Source: Nitrospiraceae bacterium
Lineage (GTDB): Bacteria > Nitrospirota > Nitrospiria > Nitrospirales > Nitrospiraceae
Reading direction: 5' to 3'
DNA: 64,000 nucleotides
Assembly (NCBI GenBank): GCA_050246315.1
Contig: JBFWWG010000009.1
Span: 1 to 64,000, forward strand
Shown: positions 60,100 through 64,000 of the stretch, in pieces
Numbering within the stretch: position 1 is the first letter of the stretch
Layout: every line of letters begins with the position of its first letter
Translations under genes and position numbers: made by a program
The notes under the pieces: model-generated
The model's input: only the letters and a program-made list of their open reading frames with translations
Told to the model about the DNA's origin: nothing
Database searches by the model: none

Positions 60100-61377
60100 A
60101 TGCGATCCGTCTCGATCGCCCGTTGCGCATTCGCATTATTGGTTGGCGCCATCGGCTCGTTCTTGGAAGCCGGGGCGGTGGATGGGGCGCCGACCCTGGA
60201 TGCGCTGATTCTTGATTCGCCGAAAACGCTGGTGGAAACCCCCGGGCAACTGTCGCCGCCGGCGCTCCAATTCAACCAGGAGGGCCATCTCTACGTGGCG
60301 TGGTTTGAAAAACAGGAGGGGGGAGCGAACGTTAAGGTGGCGCGGGTCGAGGGCGAAGCGGTCTCCAGAGCGATTCAGGTCAACCGCGACGGGGAGGGGC
60401 CTGGCGCCGTGCATCAATCCCCCGGTGTGGCGGTCGGAGCCGGCGGTAGCCTGTACGTGACGTGGTCGTCGGCCAATCAGACGCCGGGAGCGATGTTCGC
60501 GTCGGACCTGCGGCTCGCCCGATCAAGCGACGGCGGCCGCACCTTCGCATCTCCAGTTCCGGTCAATGACGATGGCCTGCCGATCTCGCACTCCTTTGAA
60601 GATATCACGGTCGTTCCCGAAGGAGATGTCTACCTGGCTTGGTTGGACGGACGAAACAAGGAACGGAGCGGAGCGGGAATTCTCTTTGCCCGATCCACGG
60701 ATCATGGCCGCTCGATCGAGCGCAATCTCCAGATCGACGGCATGGCCTGTCCCTGCTGCCGTCCCATGCTGGCGAAGGCCCCGGACGGCCACCTCTGGGT
60801 CGCGTGGCGAAAGGTGTTGGACGGGAACGTGCGCGACATTGTCATTGCCAAATCCGCCGATCGCGGCCGTTCCTTTGATCCCCCGAGGCTTGTGCGGAAG
60901 GACAACTGGGTCTTCACAGCCTGTCCGCACCGAGGGCCCTCGCTGGCGTTCGATCGGTTCGGGCGGATGTATGTCGGATGGTATACGGAAGGGACGGATG
61001 AGCAGCCGCGTCTCTTTGTGGCCACGTCCGACGACCAAGGAAACACGTTTACGGAGCCTGTTCCTCTGCATGTCTCCACGACGTCCGTGCCCGATCAGTT
61101 GCGGATGGCCGTGCATCCCGACGGAGCAATCGTTGCCGTGTGGGAAGAGCTGACCGGGGTCCGAAAGGAAACCGTGATGCGCCTCTCCATGGATCGAGGC
61201 CGATCATTCGGTCCGGTCAAGAAGCTGAGCGCCGCCGCCAAGGCCGAACACCCGACTGTGGCCATCGATCGGAGCGGTCGTGTCGCGCTCAGTTGGTCGG
61301 AACATACATTCCCGATGAACCGACTGTTGGTGCAACAGGGACAACTTGATTTGAACGAGATCACCGGAAAGCCATGA
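60100..61377 (+). CDS. Exported BNR/Asp-box (sialidase-fold) beta-propeller protein
   Basis: Repeated S-x-D-x-G-x-T/S-F boxes (SSDGGRTF, SADRGRSF, SDDQGNTF, SMDRGRSF); ACPCC and ACPHRGP motifs. Confidence 0.85.
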   Translation: MRSVSIARCAFALLVGAIGSFLEAGAVDGAPTLDALILDSPKTLVETPGQLSPPALQFNQEGHLYVAWFEKQEGGANVKVARVEGEAVSRAIQVNRDGEGPGAVHQSPGVAVGAGGSLYVTWSSANQTPGAMFASDLRLARSSDGGRTFASPVPVNDDGLPISHSFEDITVVPEGDVYLAWLDGRNKERSGAGILFARSTDHGRSIERNLQIDGMACPCCRPMLAKAPDGHLWVAWRKVLDGNVRDIVIAKSADRGRSFDPPRLVRKDNWVFTACPHRGPSLAFDRFGRMYVGWYTEGTDEQPRLFVATSDDQGNTFTEPVPLHVSTTSVPDQLRMAVHPDGAIVAVWEELTGVRKETVMRLSMDRGRSFGPVKKLSAAAKAEHPTVAIDRSGRVALSWSEHTFPMNRLLVQQGQLDLNEITGKP

Positions 61378-62648
61378 CTCAAACGGGTGTGCTCATGACC
61401 TATGATGTTCGATGCCGGATATCGGGATGGGTAGCGTCCTCGGTGCTCCATTTGTGCGCCGTCGGCCTGGCCGTCATACTTGTCGAGGAAATGAAGCCTC
61501 CGGCCGATCCCTCTCCCTTTCAGTGGGAGGTCGCGCTGATTGAAGCCGTCAACAGGTCCGATTCTCCGCAAGCGGCGGCATCGCCAGCCGACCCGGCGCC
61601 CTCGCCTCCTAAGGTTGATCAGAGCGTTCCTCCAACACCCACAGTGGTGACCAGGCAGGTCCATACGAGGGTTGAGACAAGGGTGGCGCAGGGCCGGCCA
61701 GATCGAATCGATCGCCAGGTCCAGCCGGTTAAACAGCGAGAAGAAGCCGTTCAGGAACCGACGACGCAGGCCGTCCAACCCGTGATAGAAACCGCGATGG
61801 CCGACGAGCAGCAGCCCATCCAGGAGCGAGCTGCGATCCTGTCGGCGAATGCCGCGAAGACTGCCGTGGAATCCGTTCCGGTGGAGTCGCCTACGACGAT
61901 CGATCGAATCGAATCGACACCGGCCGTCGTCTCGACGGCAACGACTGACGTGGCTCGTACGGTCGCGGCCAATCACGCCGAGGAGTCTGTGAGTGCGCCT
62001 GTCGTTGAGCGCGGCGCACCGGTCGAGAGCGCCGCGCCTATCGTCGAGTCGAGGCAACCGCTGGTCGCCCAGGCCGTGACGAGCGGGGCGGAATCGGTCG
62101 TGCCGAAGGAGGAGCGCACCGCGGTCGTGACGGCACAGGAGATTTACGAGACGCCCGTACCGGCCACCGTGACGCAACAGGTGGCGGCCCTGCCTCCCGC
62201 GGCTGAGGCCGGATCGGTCAAGACGGCGCCGGAATCTCCACCGTCGGATGCGGCGCCGGAGGCCGTTCGGTCGCCCATTAGTGAGCAGAAGGAAGCGGTT
62301 GGACGCGAGACAGATCAGGTCGTTGCCAAATCGTCGAGACAGACACCCGGGACGAAGGCGGATTACCGTTGGTTGGCTGAATCGCTCTACCACCGCATTG
62401 CGGAGTTGAAGCGCTATCCGAGCGCTGCACGGCTGAACGGATGGGAAGGGAAGGTCGTGCTTCGCGCCGTGATCAAAGCCGATGGCAATCTGGCCGATCT
62501 GCGGGTTCAGAAGAGTTCCGGGTTCGATGCCTTGGATCAGGCCGCGCTCGACACGGTCCGCCAAGCCTGTCCGCTGCATCTGAAGCATGAGCTGGGCCGA
62601 CCCGAGGTGGTGGTGAGTTTGCCGATCGTCTACAGCTTGTCGAACTGA
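61374..62648 (+). CDS. TonB-family energy transducer
   Basis: ASSVLH TM anchor, long P/E/V-rich linker, C-terminal KRYPSAAR..WEGKV..KSSGFDALDQAAL. Confidence 0.88.
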   Translation: MTQTGVLMTYDVRCRISGWVASSVLHLCAVGLAVILVEEMKPPADPSPFQWEVALIEAVNRSDSPQAAASPADPAPSPPKVDQSVPPTPTVVTRQVHTRVETRVAQGRPDRIDRQVQPVKQREEAVQEPTTQAVQPVIETAMADEQQPIQERAAILSANAAKTAVESVPVESPTTIDRIESTPAVVSTATTDVARTVAANHAEESVSAPVVERGAPVESAAPIVESRQPLVAQAVTSGAESVVPKEERTAVVTAQEIYETPVPATVTQQVAALPPAAEAGSVKTAPESPPSDAAPEAVRSPISEQKEAVGRETDQVVAKSSRQTPGTKADYRWLAESLYHRIAELKRYPSAARLNGWEGKVVLRAVIKADGNLADLRVQKSSGFDALDQAALDTVRQACPLHLKHELGRPEVVVSLPIVYSLSN

Positions 62649-62664
62649 TGCAACGCGAGGGCTT

Positions 62665-63237
62665 GTGATGCGCGCGAACAGACTGAGCGGCGGAAGGATC
62701 AGAGCCCGGACCCTGTGGGGGCTGTGCCTGGCCGGTCTCATCCTCTGGATGCCGGGATGGCCGGCGCACGCGGATGATCCGATGACGGCCATGAAAATGG
62801 CGCGCGTCCCTCCGGGGACGACCGCGGTGTCATTCGAGCTGCCTTCCTTGGACGGTGGCAGGATGCGGTTGCAAGACTTTGCGGGGAAGGTCGTGCTGCT
62901 CAACTTCTGGGCCACCTGGTGCGGGCCATGCAGGGACGAAATGCCGTCGCTGGGACGATTGCGGGAGCGGCTCGATCCGAAGTCATTTGCGGTCGTCACG
63001 ATGACGACCGATGTGCAGAAGGAAGGGATTCGACAGTTCTTGGCGCAACTTCGAGTGATGTTGCCCGTCCTCTTCGACGAGCAGCAGGACGTGTCGCGCG
63101 CGTTCATGGTGCGTGGGCTGCCGACGACGGTGCTGATCGGGGCGGACGGCGCGCTGCTCGCTCGTGCCGTCGGACCGAGAGAATGGGACAGCGCGCCGGC
63201 CTTGGCAGTCATGCGACAGGCCTTAGCCCGGGAATAA
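62665..63237 (+). CDS. TlpA/ResA-family thioredoxin-like disulfide reductase
   Basis: GKVVLLNFWATWCGPCRDEMP, GLPTT. Confidence 0.93.
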   Translation: MMRANRLSGGRIRARTLWGLCLAGLILWMPGWPAHADDPMTAMKMARVPPGTTAVSFELPSLDGGRMRLQDFAGKVVLLNFWATWCGPCRDEMPSLGRLRERLDPKSFAVVTMTTDVQKEGIRQFLAQLRVMLPVLFDEQQDVSRAFMVRGLPTTVLIGADGALLARAVGPREWDSAPALAVMRQALARE

Positions 63238-63294
63238 AGAGGGAACGGTGATCCGGGAGTGGAGCAGGCTCTCGCGAAGCCGCGCCATAGGTGG

Positions 63295-63431
63295 ATGGAC
63301 GCTATGCACAAGGTTCTCGAGCGCGTCAACGAGGCTGCGGAGGTGTTGAGCGTCAGCCGCTGGACGGTTTCCGGTGGCTGGAAGAAGGGAACCTGAGGGG
63401 AAGCAATCGACAGGGGAAGTCGCGGGTATAG
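63295..63431 (+). pseudogene. Frameshifted excisionase-like HTH (HTH_17/MerR-like) remnant
   Basis: MDAMHKVLERVNEAAEVLSVSRWTV, then a 1-nt shift restores RWLEEGNLRG. Confidence 0.55.
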
Positions 63432-63492
63432 GCATCCGTCGGTCGGCCACCAGGGATGAAGGCGGACACCGCATCGGGCTGACAACACCTCC

Positions 63493-63813
63493 ATGGCACA
63501 GCGCACCTTCCGAATCCACATCTGGACGGCCGGTTACCTGGCGGCGACCTATGCTGTCCTGTTGCTGCTCGTGGCGGTCTGTTCCGCCGAGCCGCATCCG
63601 GCCTTCACCCATGCACACCACGGCCCGCAAGCCGTGCATTCGCTCCTCTGCGTTTGGGCCTGCCAAGCGGCCTCTGGGGAACAGATCGGCGCCGCCGAAG
63701 CGGTCGTGGCATACCAGCCCTTGATCTTCCTCGTCGCTCCATCTCACCTGACCTCTCTCCCTTCAATCGATCCAACCGGCTGTTCCAGCCGGGCTCCGCC
63801 ACAATCCGCGTAA
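63493..63813 (+). CDS. DUF2946/CruR/CutF-like small protein (putative leader/arrest peptide)
   Basis: Hydrophobic N-terminus, HPAFTHAHH, CVWAC, C-terminal SSRAPPQSA. Confidence 0.7.
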   Translation: MAQRTFRIHIWTAGYLAATYAVLLLLVAVCSAEPHPAFTHAHHGPQAVHSLLCVWACQAASGEQIGAAEAVVAYQPLIFLVAPSHLTSLPSIDPTGCSSRAPPQSA

Positions 63814-64000
63814 CAAGCTCGGCGTATCCGGCGTTCGGGGAGTGCCGCATCCTGTCTCTGAAGCAGGCGCCTGGCCATCAACCCGTTGTCATCAGTCGCT
63901 ATTCAACATCCTGGTTTGCCGTGAAGGGCCATTCTGGCGCGTGTGCGTGGCGTCAGTGACAGGGGAACGATTGAGAGTGGGTCCGAGACGCCGGGCTGCC

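Noticed and set aside
61095..63521. 808-aa minus-strand ORF (and similar long ORFs at 37819-39540, 58006-59523, 47175-48599)
   Set aside because: Antisense shadows of well-supported genes on the opposite strand, with no recognisable motifs.

Overview
GC-rich bacterial chromosome segment. Gene content and repeat families suggest a Nitrospira-like organism (inference only). Housekeeping genes: uvrA, uvrC, secA, a dapF-like gene, and a complete minus-strand complex I operon (nuoA-B-CD-E-F-G-H-I-J-K-L-M-N) headed by a MidA/NDUFAF7-like methyltransferase. Accessory genes: a type III Mod-like DNA methyltransferase, two VapBC-like pairs whose toxins are both broken, a two-component cluster, a FadL-like porin, a HerA/FtsK-like ATPase, an Ig-domain esterase, and a BNR-TonB-TlpA cluster. 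Most notable observations: (1) two arrays of a ~78-nt structured repeat with compensatory base changes, each ending 2 nt before the Shine-Dalgarno of a gene in an unknown three-gene cluster, plus a ninth diverged copy inside a MITE-like element; (2) a two-gene split copper-amine-oxidase-like module with an altered TPQ motif; (3) two DUF2946/CruR-like leader ORFs ending in RAPP/RSPP; (4) palindromic and heptamer repeats inserted in-frame into uvrA and the ATPase; (5) a DapF with both catalytic Cys replaced by Ser; (6) a UvrA lacking its insertion domain. All calls come from reading motifs by eye; no database searches were run.
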